64,000 nt of DNA. Source: Bdellovibrionales bacterium (GTDB taxonomy: Bacteria > Bdellovibrionota > Bdellovibrionia > Bdellovibrionales > UBA1609). Both the position numbers and the translations under genes were made by a program. The stretch spans positions 128,001 through 192,000 of the forward strand of contig OZ244719.1 of the NCBI GenBank assembly GCA_965219095.1. The letters are read 5' to 3'. Of the stretch, positions 9,578 through 19,999 are shown piece by piece (the first letter of the stretch is position 1; every line of letters starts with the position of its first letter). Below the pieces are notes generated by a model that saw nothing but the letters and a program-made list of their open reading frames with translations, was not told the origin of the DNA and made no database searches.

Positions 9578-12010
9578 AGTTGCAAATAACACCTCTTAAA
9601 AATTTTACAGAATTTCAAGAAGAACATTCACTTGCAGAACAACTGCCCTTTTGGGATTTTTTCCAAAACTATGTAGCTTTAAGTGACGGTACACTGATCT
9701 ATGGGTTAAAGTTAAAAGGACTTTACATTGAAACTTCAAACGAAAATAAAATAAATTCTTTAACATTAAAACTTCGCTCCTTTTTGAATGGGCTTGAAGA
9801 TGGTACAGAAATAGGTTTCATAGTGAACAGCCACTCTTGTTTTTCCAAAATTTTAGAAGATCATAGAAAATTAGAATCTAAAAAGAAAGTCCTCAACAAA
9901 GTTTCACAAGATAGGTTAGAGTTTCTTAAGGAGGAAATAAAGAACCAGCGTATTTTAAAAAAAGACATTTATCTTTTAATCTATAAACGACATGGGGAGG
10001 GTTTTAAAAAGCTCAATTTATTCAGAAGCTTTTTCAAAGCTCCTCAAAGTTTTAAGTCTATAACCACATCTCAACATAAAAAAAGAGAGAAAGAGGTAAT
10101 GCAATTAACTTCTTCTTTATCAACAACTTTAAAGAACATGGGTATTAAAAACAAGGTTCTTGAAAGAGATGAAATAAAGGGGTTTATTTATGAGTTTTTT
10201 AACCCTGAACGTTCTCAGACAGAGCCTCTTCCTTGTGACAAGAGATCAGGTTTTTTCCACAAAAGAACGTGAGGTGTTACAAGAGTTATCTCTAAGTTCT
10301 CCTAGAGAGCAACTCGTTTTCTCAGATCTTATTTGTGGCAATAAAGATATTTTCTATGACAACTACTATCACAGAATTTTAACTTTAAAAACTCTACCTG
10401 AACACACAAGCTCAGCTTTTGTTGAAAAACTTATAGACCTTCCTTTTTCTTTTTATTCTTATGTTCATATTAGAGTTCCAGAGCAATCAAAGGAATTGAG
10501 TCTTATTGAGATGAAAAGACGTATGTCACACTCTATGAGTTTATCTCAAGATGGTAGAGTTAAGGATCTAGAAAGTGAGTCACAGTTTCAAGACACAGAA
10601 GATCTTTTAAGAGAGATCATAGAAACAGGTCAAAAGATTTTCTTTTTTCAAATGGCTTTTAAAATAAAATCCAAAACTCAAGAGGAAATTAACTTTAAGT
10701 CAAAATTCCTTTTAAACGCTTTTAGGTCATTAAATGGTTCTGAAGCTTTAGAAGAAAACGTTAGTGCTTTTAAAGTTTTTAAAACCATTATACCTTTTGG
10801 AAACTTAGTTTTTGCAAGACAGAAGAGGATTAAAGCAGATAATTTAGCAGATTTTTTACCCATTTATTCAAACTATGAGGGTCAAGATCAAAAATCCATT
10901 TGTTTGTTCAGAAATAGACAAAACGGGCTTGTTTCTTACGATCCTTTTCATTCTAAACTACCTAACTACAATACACTTGTGACAGGCAGTAGTGGTTCAG
11001 GAAAAAGTTTTTTAAACAATCTCATACTTTTACAATCTATGAGAGAGAACCCTATAACCTACATTATAGACATAGGGGGAAGTTATAGAAAGCTTTGTGA
11101 TTTTTTAGGCGGTCAATATATTGACATCTTTCCTCCTGAAACTTACAAGCCTCGAAGTATTACGATCAACCCTTTTTCTCTTAAAAATGAACAGACAAGT
11201 CTAAGCCCTAGAAAGATCAAGTTTTTGCTTGCTTTTTTAGAAAGTATACTTGTTGATCATGAGGATGAAAAGCTATCAAAATTTGATAAATCTCTTTTAG
11301 AAGAAGCTATTGACATTCTTTATAAAAAAGTAAAAAGACCAACTCTTTCAGATCTTTCTTTTATTTTTCAAAATTCAGAGCATAGATCATTAAAGAAGTT
11401 CTCAAAAATGCTTTATTCATGGACTGGTGATAGGCCTTATGGAAGGCTTTTAGACAAAGAAGATAACATCAATTTAAAAAATGAGTTTATAGTCTTTGAT
11501 CTTAAAGGCCTTTCTCATTACCCTGATCTGCAACAAGTGATGATTCTCATCATAACTGATTTTGTTTTAGATAGAATTGAGTCAAAAGATAAGGGTTTTA
11601 GGGGAGAGAAAAAAAGAATTTTAATTGACGAGTGCTGGGAGTTATTAAAGGGGAAATCCAGTTCTCATTTTATGGAGCATTGTGTTCGTACGTTGAGAAA
11701 ATCAGGGGCAGGCATTACTTTCATAACTCAGGGAATAGAAGAAATAGCAAGACATCCTATAGGTTTTGCCATTATAAACAATACAGCTACGAAATTTATT
11801 CTTTCACAAAAGGGAAACCTTGAATCTTTGCAGAAGAATTTAAAGCTTGACGAAAAAGAGATCTCTTTGATTTCTTCTTTGAAAAGCAAAAAAAGAGAGT
11901 ATTCAGAGGCTTTTATGATCTCTCATAACAATAAGGCTATTATTAGAATTTACCCATCTAAAGAAGAGTACAAGATAGCTACGACTGATTATGAAGACAA
12001 AATCAAGTAA
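9574..12010 (+). pseudogene. VirB4/TraC conjugative ATPase, frameshifted near 10230
   Basis: Walker A VTGSSGSGKS, IIDIGGSY, ILIDECW, RKSGAGITFITQ. The N-terminal 232-aa ORF is in another frame. Confidence 0.88.
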
Positions 12011-12061
12011 AGCTCTCAATGAGAATGTTTATCTAACTTATTTAAAAAGAAAGGGGTTTTT

Positions 12062-12733
12062 ATGAAAAAATGTATTTTTATTTTTTGTATTTTTTCTTTT
12101 ACAAAGGGTTTTTGCTTTTGGGGAGGTGATCTTATCTATCTTTCAAAGATTTTAGAGCAATCCATTTATCAACTAGAGCAGTTAAGAAGCATGACAGAAC
12201 TCCATAAGGATCAATTAAGATTATTAAAAGAAGTAAATAGGGGTTTCAATGATGTTATGTTTTTAAGGGATACTGCTAATCAAACCCTCAAAGCAGGTAC
12301 TTTTTCCGATATTAGAAATGTTAATGAAGCTATCAGCGTTGTAAGACGTCTTTATGGCCGTATACCTAAAACATGGGAAGCTCCTTTGCAGAAGAAAACA
12401 GACTTAACAGTTGCTGAAAGTTTATACTTTCAAAAGGAAGCCTTTAAATATGCCACAAAGATTGATAAAGAAGCTACAAAGATAAAAAATTACGCAAACA
12501 AAGTTTCCCCAACTGGAGCGAGCAAAACATTAGTACAAAGTCAAGCGATCATGCTTCACACACTCAATCAAATTTTAAGGACAACTGCTTCACTTCTTAA
12601 GATTCATTCTCAAGGGCTAGCACTTAAAAACAAAAAGGAAAAGATACGATCAAGGCATTTTCAGATTCAGTATAATGAACTCTCAAAGGCTTTTTACAAT
12701 TTAAAACCAAATTATACATTGTCGTCATTATGA
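12062..12733 (+). CDS. TrbJ/VirB5-like secreted T4SS component
   Basis: Signal peptide, helical Q/L-rich body, position between VirB4 and VirB6. Confidence 0.55.
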   Translation: MKKCIFIFCIFSFTKGFCFWGGDLIYLSKILEQSIYQLEQLRSMTELHKDQLRLLKEVNRGFNDVMFLRDTANQTLKAGTFSDIRNVNEAISVVRRLYGRIPKTWEAPLQKKTDLTVAESLYFQKEAFKYATKIDKEATKIKNYANKVSPTGASKTLVQSQAIMLHTLNQILRTTASLLKIHSQGLALKNKKEKIRSRHFQIQYNELSKAFYNLKPNYTLSSL

Positions 12734-15062
12734 TTGATATTCATTTTTTAAGTTCTCTTACAAAAGAGCTTTATTTAGAATTAAAGGACGTATACTTTTT
12801 ACTTCTACCCTTATTTTTTCTTATATCTATTCTCATTACATGGTTTAAAGGGAGTTATGATTTTATAGATAAAATAAAAAAAGTTTTCATATCAACGATA
12901 CTTGTTGTTATCTTTCCTGAAATAACTGACATCATTTTATTTATAGCAAATGGTCTTTCAGATAAGATTGGCAGTATGAACACACTTGAAAACATCATGC
13001 ACATGGCAGGTGAAAAGATGAAAGAGTACTCTAAGCCTTCATTAAAATCTTTTTTATCATTCCCCAATCTTCTTTTAGCAAGTCTGTGTTATATTTCTTT
13101 TTTTGTTGTATATTGTGCAAAATTCATCATGTTGGCAGTTTACCATTTTAGTTGGTCGTTTTTATTGATTCTATCCCCTCTTATTTTGCTCTTTCATGTT
13201 TTTTCACAAAAGATAACTTTAAGTCTCTTTCGATCCATGATTGAAATTGCTAGCTGGAAGGTAGTTTGGGTCATTCTTTCAGTGATGTTAAACTCTCTAC
13301 CTTTTTCAAATCCATCAGAAATTGAGGGGCATTATATTACTTTGATCATTATGAATTTTGTGATCGCTCTTTGTATGTTGGGAACGCCTTTTTTAATTAA
13401 AAGTCTCATAGGTTCAGGGTTTTCAACTTTTGCAGGTTCTATCAATGCTATTACAGGTACAACCATGATGGCAACCTATTCTAGAGCTGTAAAAATAGGT
13501 CGAATGAGTAAAAAACGCCTCCTCAAAAGAATCTGTGGGTTCCCGGAGGTTCTGGCAGTTTTCCAAGGTTATGATATAAGGCGATTTTTATAGCTTTAGA
13601 GGTTCTAAAGCCGTAAGATTTTCTCATAGTGAGTTTTACTTTGTTGTTTAAACCCTCTACAATCCCTGAGGAGAAGGCTTTTTTAGCCTTGAAGTAATTA
13701 AGAATAAGTAGCTTATGTCTTCGTATGGTTTTTGCTTCTCTTTTCATAGGTTCAATTTTTGAAAGCATGACTCGTTTCGTCCAACTGTCTATAAATTTAC
13801 CAGCCCAAGTTGGTGAAACATAGGTCCATAACTGTCGGAAGTCTTCTTTTAAAAAATAACAGCGGATACTTTTTAAATTGTACTGTATTAAATGCCTTAA
13901 TTTTACTTTTTCATAAGATTTTAAATTTTCTGCATTTTTTAACAAGGGCCATCTAGCTTTTGTTAAAAGGGGTTCATACCCGTCTTCTTTCATTTTTTTG
14001 TGTTCTGAAGCTCTCACTTCGTCTAAAGCCTTATTGAGTCTTGCTACGATATGAAACCGATCTAATATATTCAAAGCTTGACTTGCCCTTTCCTTTATTA
14101 CTTTTAAATAGGGCTTCCACATATCAGAACACACAAACTGTATATCTTTTGACTTCTCTCCTAGTAAATCAAAAAACTTGTTGAAACTCTCCTCTGTTCT
14201 TTTTTCTCCTATCCATAGCAAACGAACACTTTCTTTGCTTATTTCATAGACTAAGGTGAGATACTGATGGTTCTTTTTCCATTGTATTTCATCTACACCT
14301 ATAGCTTGTATTCCCTTTAAAACCCTTTGTTTTAAACCATATTCTACGACCCATTCTACCGAAGCATAGACCTGATTCCAACTGACATGAAACTTACAAG
14401 AAACCTCTTTCCAAGACAGGTGACGACACCAGTCAGCTAAGTACTTCATGTAAAAAATTGTTAGGTTTTTCTTCCCATCGGCCCAAGGTAAATACTCAAC
14501 TTTTACCCCACAGCAAGGACAATTAACTCTTCTTACAAAATAAACAAAAAACACCCTGTAACTTAAAATAGGAAGGGATTCAAAGTCCCGTGATGATTTA
14601 CTTCTGTCATACACTGAACAGGGCTTCTTACAAACACTACAAAAAGCTTGGCCATTTTTACGAGCCTTAATAGGAACATTAATTGACTTTCTATCTTTTG
14701 AAAAATAAATGTCTCCGTATACAAAAGACTTCCATCTTAAACAATCATTTAGTATAGTCTTCAAAAGCATCTCTTCCCTCCTTTTTTTTTTTTTTTGAAT
14801 AACATTTTAAGGCATCTGGGAAGTAGGTGCTTCTTTTTTAAAATTTTAATGTAACACAGCAAATAAAAGCAAATAAAATGAATGTTTTTGAGTTCAATCA
14901 CCGGAGGTGATAGAGGCCAGTAAGGGCCTCAAAGAACTCAAAAATACAAGATAGGATGTCTTACTCTTACTTTGATTAATATGAGCCTTTTTGGGGGATT
15001 TCTACTACTTTTCACCCACAGATTCCCGGGAGGAGCCTAAAAAACTAATAAGAAAAAAATAA
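12730..15062 (+). CDS. VirB6/TrbL-like polytopic membrane protein; last ~5 codons split off by ISL3
   Basis: Multiple TM segments. Removing the ISL3 restores ...GRMSKKLIRKK* (stop 15060-15062). Confidence 0.65.
13517..15037 (-). mobile_element. ISL3-family element, apparently intact (transposase 13523..14770)
   Basis: TIRs GGCTCCTCCCGGGAATCTGTGGG / GCCTCCTCAAAAGAATCTGTGGG and 8-bp TSD TAAAAAAC. Zn finger, IGVDE, CSDMW, DRFHI and VEGLNNKVK..R.SYGFR motifs. Confidence 0.95.
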
Positions 15063-15079
15063 CAGAAAGGAGTTTTTAT

Positions 15080-15682
15080 ATGAAAAACATACACCGTAAG
15101 TATTTTGAGATGTGGGGAGATGAACAGTCTCAAAATTTCTTTTTAAAGGGTCTCCTCGTAGTCATGCTCATAACAAGTCTCTTTTTAACAATTTCTTTAG
15201 CTATTATAAGCAGTAAAAAACCTTTTGTTATCTCAATAGACAAAGCTTCATCTAAAATCATAAAACTTTCAAAAAGCAAAACAAAAGAGCAAAATCTTGT
15301 TGAGATAAAGAGGTCTGTAGAGAAATTTATAAAATACCGACATAATTGGACTAGTGAAAAAATCAAGGAAAGATTAGAAAAGTCTTCAAAATTTATAGCT
15401 CCAAGCTTTAGAAAACGCTTTTTAGCATCAAATAGAAAACAGCTTAAAGAAGCGAGCAAAAAGAAAATAGCTCAACGTTTTTACATTTCAAAGGCTATGA
15501 ACATTGATATAGACAAAAACAAAGTAGAGGTGACAGGTGACAGAATTTTAATTGTTGATGGCTTAAGAGCAACTCAGCCTATGACGTTTCGTCTTAGTTA
15601 TATTTTTAAAAAAAGAACTTTAGACAATCCAGAAGGTGTTTATATCACTAGTGAGAATCTCATCTCTTCATTAGAGCATTAA
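15080..15682 (+). CDS. VirB8/TrbF(TraK)-like protein
   Basis: Single N-terminal TM; C-terminal RTLDNPEGVYIT motif typical of the VirB8 fold. Confidence 0.75.
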   Translation: MKNIHRKYFEMWGDEQSQNFFLKGLLVVMLITSLFLTISLAIISSKKPFVISIDKASSKIIKLSKSKTKEQNLVEIKRSVEKFIKYRHNWTSEKIKERLEKSSKFIAPSFRKRFLASNRKQLKEASKKKIAQRFYISKAMNIDIDKNKVEVTGDRILIVDGLRATQPMTFRLSYIFKKRTLDNPEGVYITSENLISSLEH

Positions 15683-15688
15683 AAAAAG

Positions 15689-16384
15689 GTGGTTAAAATG
15701 GATAGATTTTTTATTTTTATTTTTTTAATTAGTTTTCATGTAAAAGCAAAACAAGTCGAGACTGTTCATCTTACACAAAAAGACATTCATCAAGTTTATC
15801 TTAAACTTCATGAAACTACAGTCTTAAAGTTCGATTCTAAACCTAAACCTGCTATTATTGGAAAACAAGATGCCTATTTAGTGGAAACCTTTAAAAATGT
15901 AGTTGCTATAAAACCCATCAGAAAAGTAAGTACAAACTTTTTTGTTTTCACAAAGGAGGGTCATTTCAATTTTAAACTTATACCCAGTCCAACAAAATAC
16001 AAAACTTTAATCCATGTCAAAAGAAAACTCTCCTTTTTTGTTGAAAAAGTTTCAATAGGAACACCTTTTAAACTTTCAATGAGGGATGGTTTTTTATTCA
16101 GTTCAAAAAATAAGATTGCTATACTCTTTTCTTTAAGCTTACTTGGAAAAAATTCTAAAAAATATAAGTTTAAAAACTTTAAAATAAAAGCCTATCAGAA
16201 AGGAAAAAAAGTATCACTTGATTCTAAATTTACAGATAGGAGAGAGCTAGATTCTAAAACAAGGAAATTATCAGGGGTTTTCATTTTTAACAAGGATAAT
16301 CTAAGGCTAAAGGAGTTATTAACTTTCAAAATTTTTCATAAAGAGTTAAACAAGCCACTAAAAATTGAAATCAATTATCCTTGA
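15689..16384 (+). CDS. VirB9/TrbG-like secreted protein
   Basis: Signal peptide; TTVLKF..AIIG..NVVAIKP..TNFFVFT beta-rich N-domain. Confidence 0.6.
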   Translation: MVKMDRFFIFIFLISFHVKAKQVETVHLTQKDIHQVYLKLHETTVLKFDSKPKPAIIGKQDAYLVETFKNVVAIKPIRKVSTNFFVFTKEGHFNFKLIPSPTKYKTLIHVKRKLSFFVEKVSIGTPFKLSMRDGFLFSSKNKIAILFSLSLLGKNSKKYKFKNFKIKAYQKGKKVSLDSKFTDRRELDSKTRKLSGVFIFNKDNLRLKELLTFKIFHKELNKPLKIEINYP

Positions 16385-16393
16385 GGAGGATTT

Positions 16394-17236
16394 ATGTCAT
16401 TTAGAGAAAAAATAGAAGATCTTTTTTTAAGCGAAAGAAATAGTTTTACTAAAAAAAGGCTTTTAAAGACAAAAAATATCTTGATTTTTACTTTTTTTAT
16501 TTTATTTCTTGTTCTTATGTTTGGCGATTCTATTGAGAGGAAAAAGAAACAGGAGAAAGAAAATACAGAAAATTTTAAAGTTAAAATCACAAGACCTTTG
16601 TTAGAATATAAAACCTATGAATATGATGACATAGGGGTTTATAAAGAGACTGTTAAAGCAAAGAAAAGAATCGTCTCACAAATTATTGCACACAAGTCTG
16701 ACTCTTTAGGGCTAAAAGTTATGGTCGAACTTGTGGACAAAGTAGAAGCTATATCCTATAACTCTATCCCTATTATAGCGAAGGCTTTAGAGGGGGTTTT
16801 AAGTTTTATTGAAGAAGGAGATCTTTTTTTAGGGGAGGGATTTTTAGATTCTGAAAGTGAAAGGCTAAAGATTAACTTTCACACTCATATTTTAAACTCT
16901 GGAGAGAGAAAATCAATCTCAGCACAAGCTCTTAGTTCAAACGGCACTCTTGGTTTAAAAGGAGAGTTTAACTCACAATTTATCAAAAAATACGGCTCCC
17001 GTATGACAGCAAACTTTGTTGGAGGTATGGCAAAGGGACTTCAAAAAAAAGAAGTCACAGATCAGGGCTTTATTTTCAGTTCTAATGGATTCCAAAGTGC
17101 TTTTTTAAACGGACTTTCTCTTGTAGCTTTAGATTATGCCAGAAACAAATCGAAAAAAAACGAAAGAATAAAAGCTAAAATGACCTTAAAAAAAGGAATT
17201 CAATTTTTAATTTATTTTAATAGGGGGTCAAAATAA
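16394..17236 (+). CDS. VirB10/TrbI-like protein
   Basis: One TM; GDLFLG..ERLKINF..ALSSNGTLGLKG followed by a Gly-rich antenna helix. Confidence 0.7.
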   Translation: MSFREKIEDLFLSERNSFTKKRLLKTKNILIFTFFILFLVLMFGDSIERKKKQEKENTENFKVKITRPLLEYKTYEYDDIGVYKETVKAKKRIVSQIIAHKSDSLGLKVMVELVDKVEAISYNSIPIIAKALEGVLSFIEEGDLFLGEGFLDSESERLKINFHTHILNSGERKSISAQALSSNGTLGLKGEFNSQFIKKYGSRMTANFVGGMAKGLQKKEVTDQGFIFSSNGFQSAFLNGLSLVALDYARNKSKKNERIKAKMTLKKGIQFLIYFNRGSK

Positions 17237-18663
17237 AGCTTCAGAAAGAAAGCCTTTTAGATTCTTTTTTTAAAGCCCTATTTCAAGGACTTCTTAAGTT
17301 TTTCAAAAATGACTTTACCACAAACTTATTAGTTCTTGTTATCGTTTATTGCCTTTTTTGGTTCGTTGTAAAGTTTGATGTTCATCTTTTTATTTTAAAT
17401 CGGTTTCTAAGCTTATCCTATCCATCAAGATTTTCTGATTTTATTTATAAAATCTCAGACTTTCAATGGCTTTTATTTTTTCACTCTTTTTTTCTTTTTA
17501 TTTTCCTTTTATTTTTAGGAAAAAAAGGCTCATACTTTGAGCATACCTTCCAAAAGATTGGATTAAAAAACAGTTTAGGAAAAACCCCTGAGCTTATGAA
17601 AAAAGTAAACATCAATTCCTACCGCACTTTTTATGTTTTTGATTCGAAGGGTTTAGCTCTTGATGATTTTAAAGTTAAAGAGAAAAAAATAGCTTCTTGT
17701 CTTGACGGCTTTGTAGAAAGCCTCAAGCAAGGAAAAAGTCCTAAGTGGGTCACTCTTACAGTCAGTAAAAGGCCTTTTCCAAAAAAGGTCTGTTATAAAG
17801 ACATTTCAAAGAAAAAAAATCTTGCAGAAGGAAGTTTCTTTCTTGGTCACTCTGGGGAGGGTGTGGTTTTTGCAAAGATTTCAGAATTGCCCCATGTGTT
17901 GATCGCAGGAGCAACAGGAACTGGAAAGTCTGTTTTTTTCAAACAAGCTCTTTTGGGACTTTTAGAATCCACCCTTCATCTTCAAATGTACCTTATTGAC
18001 TTAAAAGGTGGACTTGAAATGATAGATTTTGTTCAAGCTCCTAATGTTCAAGTGATTAAAGACACCTCTCATGCTCTTTATACCCTTGAGAGGGTTCAAA
18101 AGGAAATGAAAGCTCGTTTTAGCTATTTAGAAGGAAAGGGATTAAAGCAAATTATTCCCCTAAGGGATAAAAAAGAAAGGATTCTTGTGGCCATTGATGA
18201 GGCTTCAGTGCTTTATATGACAAGGCCAAAGTTCGATCCCCATCATGAGGCTACGATCAAAGCAAGAGGTCTTGCGGACTCAATCTCGAAGCTCTCAAGA
18301 GCTGGAGCCATTCATCTTATGCTAGCAACACAGAAGTTGGAAAAGAGTGTGATTCCCAGCTCCGTTTCTGAAAACATATCAGGACGGATGATCTTTAGAA
18401 CCAACTCACTTCAAGGAAGCCTTATGATGTTAGGAACAAAAGAGGCTATGAATCTTCCAGAAGTAAAAGGTCGTGGGATATGGCAGTTTGGCTCTCAAAA
18501 AAAGACACTTCAAGTTCCTTACATTGATCCTAAAGACATTCAAAAAAGATGCCAAGTCATAGCAAAAGAGTTTCAAACAGGCAAAAGAAAACTGTTTAAT
18601 CCTATGATAAACATGAGGCCTAACAAAGGCATAGATCAAGTGACAGGTGAAATTTTAAATTGA
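17233..18663 (+). CDS. FtsK/SpoIIIE (TcpA-like) ATPase with N-terminal TM segments; start codon appears to be ATA
   Basis: HVLIAGATGTGKS, LIDLKGGLE, VAIDE and RAGAIHLMLATQK motifs. The frame is open from 17224, with an AGGGGG RBS and ATA overlapping the VirB10 TAA. Confidence 0.85.
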   Translation: MKLQKESLLDSFFKALFQGLLKFFKNDFTTNLLVLVIVYCLFWFVVKFDVHLFILNRFLSLSYPSRFSDFIYKISDFQWLLFFHSFFLFIFLLFLGKKGSYFEHTFQKIGLKNSLGKTPELMKKVNINSYRTFYVFDSKGLALDDFKVKEKKIASCLDGFVESLKQGKSPKWVTLTVSKRPFPKKVCYKDISKKKNLAEGSFFLGHSGEGVVFAKISELPHVLIAGATGTGKSVFFKQALLGLLESTLHLQMYLIDLKGGLEMIDFVQAPNVQVIKDTSHALYTLERVQKEMKARFSYLEGKGLKQIIPLRDKKERILVAIDEASVLYMTRPKFDPHHEATIKARGLADSISKLSRAGAIHLMLATQKLEKSVIPSSVSENISGRMIFRTNSLQGSLMMLGTKEAMNLPEVKGRGIWQFGSQKKTLQVPYIDPKDIQKRCQVIAKEFQTGKRKLFNPMINMRPNKGIDQVTGEILN

Positions 18664-19442
18664 CAAAAAAGGAGGTCAAAATGAATTGTAATGTTTCAGT
18701 TCAAGATATCAAGCTTTTTTATTATTTACATGCGGTAAAAATAGCTTTAATCGAACAAATAAAAAGAGATGTTTATGCCCATCTAAGAAAAAAAACCCTT
18801 TATACAAAGTTAAGACGTTTAGAAAAAAGAGGCTTTCTTAAAAGTACGACAGTGACAGAAAAAAGAAAAAAAGTCTACTTTTTAAGTAAAGAGGGGTTTT
18901 CTCAAATAGAAGAAAAAGAGAGCCAAAAGCGTAAGGAGCTTAAAAGCGATTCTATAGCTCATGATCTAGGACTTGTTGATATAAGGCATGCTTTTAAAAG
19001 TTGTCCTAGAGTTTTAAAGTACCTTACTGAAAATGAAGCACAAACTTGGAAGCAAGACTCTCTTATGAGCCCTTTTTTAGAAGTCCATTCAGACGCTGTT
19101 ATTAAAGTCTCTTTTCCTAAGGGAAATTTTTATTTAGGTATAGAGTACGAGTGTAGCTACAGGTCAAAAAATCGTCTTCAAAGAGCTTTAAAAAGATACT
19201 ATTCAAAGCCTGAAATCCTAGCTGTTTTGTACATTTTGCTTTCAAAAAGAAGAAGAAATAGCTTAATGGGTGAAGAAAAAAGGCTTTTTTCTGATAGCCC
19301 TTCTAAGATTTTTTATAGTCTGCTTGAGGATTTAATGGCTAAAAATTTAATAAGCTTGGTTAATTCTAGAGGAGAGAAATTGCAGTTTGAAAAAGCAAAA
19401 AACTCTCTTTTAAAAAACAAAAAAGGGAGTAAAAACAAGTGA
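18660..19442 (+). CDS. Replication-relaxation (Replic_Relax, PD-(D/E)xK) family relaxase-like protein
   Basis: N-terminal wHTH (LRRLEKRGFL..VYFLSKEG), IAHDL, HSDAVI, LGIEYECS..SKNR....KRY. Confidence 0.75.
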   Translation: MTKKEVKMNCNVSVQDIKLFYYLHAVKIALIEQIKRDVYAHLRKKTLYTKLRRLEKRGFLKSTTVTEKRKKVYFLSKEGFSQIEEKESQKRKELKSDSIAHDLGLVDIRHAFKSCPRVLKYLTENEAQTWKQDSLMSPFLEVHSDAVIKVSFPKGNFYLGIEYECSYRSKNRLQRALKRYYSKPEILAVLYILLSKRRRNSLMGEEKRLFSDSPSKIFYSLLEDLMAKNLISLVNSRGEKLQFEKAKNSLLKNKKGSKNK

Positions 19443-19654
19443 TGAATTGATGATGAGGATTCCACAGTAAAAAATTATTTTTAGGCTTTATAACCTATTG
19501 AAATTATTTATTTTTCAGCTATCTTTTGCAAATTTAAAAAACCTGCCTGAGTCCCATTTCAACTTTTTAAAAACTCTTAAGCTAAAGTTGGCAAAAAAAT
19601 AAAAAACTATCACTTAAGTTAGAAATTAAAAGAATAAAAAAGAAAGGTTTATTT

Positions 19655-19999
19655 ATGGAAAGAAATAAAGAAAATAAAGACACAAAAAAAGAAGGGATAA
19701 AAGTTAAGAAGAAAGTAGCACGTCTTATTCTTGAAAAACGTACTTTTTTTAAAATAAAAGAGCTTTTAAAAAAAGCTAATAAAAACCCTTATGGTAAGAA
19801 AGTAAAACCAAAAGACCTTGTTCAAAAATCCATCTCTCTTATCACTGATGAACACCTTTTTGAACTAAAAAGTGCAACACTTTCAAATCAAGATCATATA
19901 GATATGAAATTTAAACAGTACCAAAAGCAAAATCCTAAAATTTCAAAAGATGAATTTCTAGGGAAGCTTCTTTGTGGAAAGCTAGGAGCAGAGGATTAA
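19655..19999 (+). CDS. Basic hypothetical protein, possible DNA-binding relaxosome accessory factor
   Basis: 114 aa, Lys-rich, directly after the relaxase and an AT-rich gap. Confidence 0.55.
   Translation: MERNKENKDTKKEGIKVKKKVARLILEKRTFFKIKELLKKANKNPYGKKVKPKDLVQKSISLITDEHLFELKSATLSNQDHIDMKFKQYQKQNPKISKDEFLGKLLCGKLGAED

Noticed and set aside
13517..13593. Shared C-terminal peptide LLKRI.GFPEVLAVFQGYDIRRFL on VirB6 and on ORF 63628..63966
   Set aside because: Read-through into the ISL3 right end, not a protein domain.
14782..14796. Poly-T tract (15 vs 14 nt) before the ISL3 RBS as a phase-variation switch
   Set aside because: A one-base homopolymer difference cannot be separated from sequencing error.
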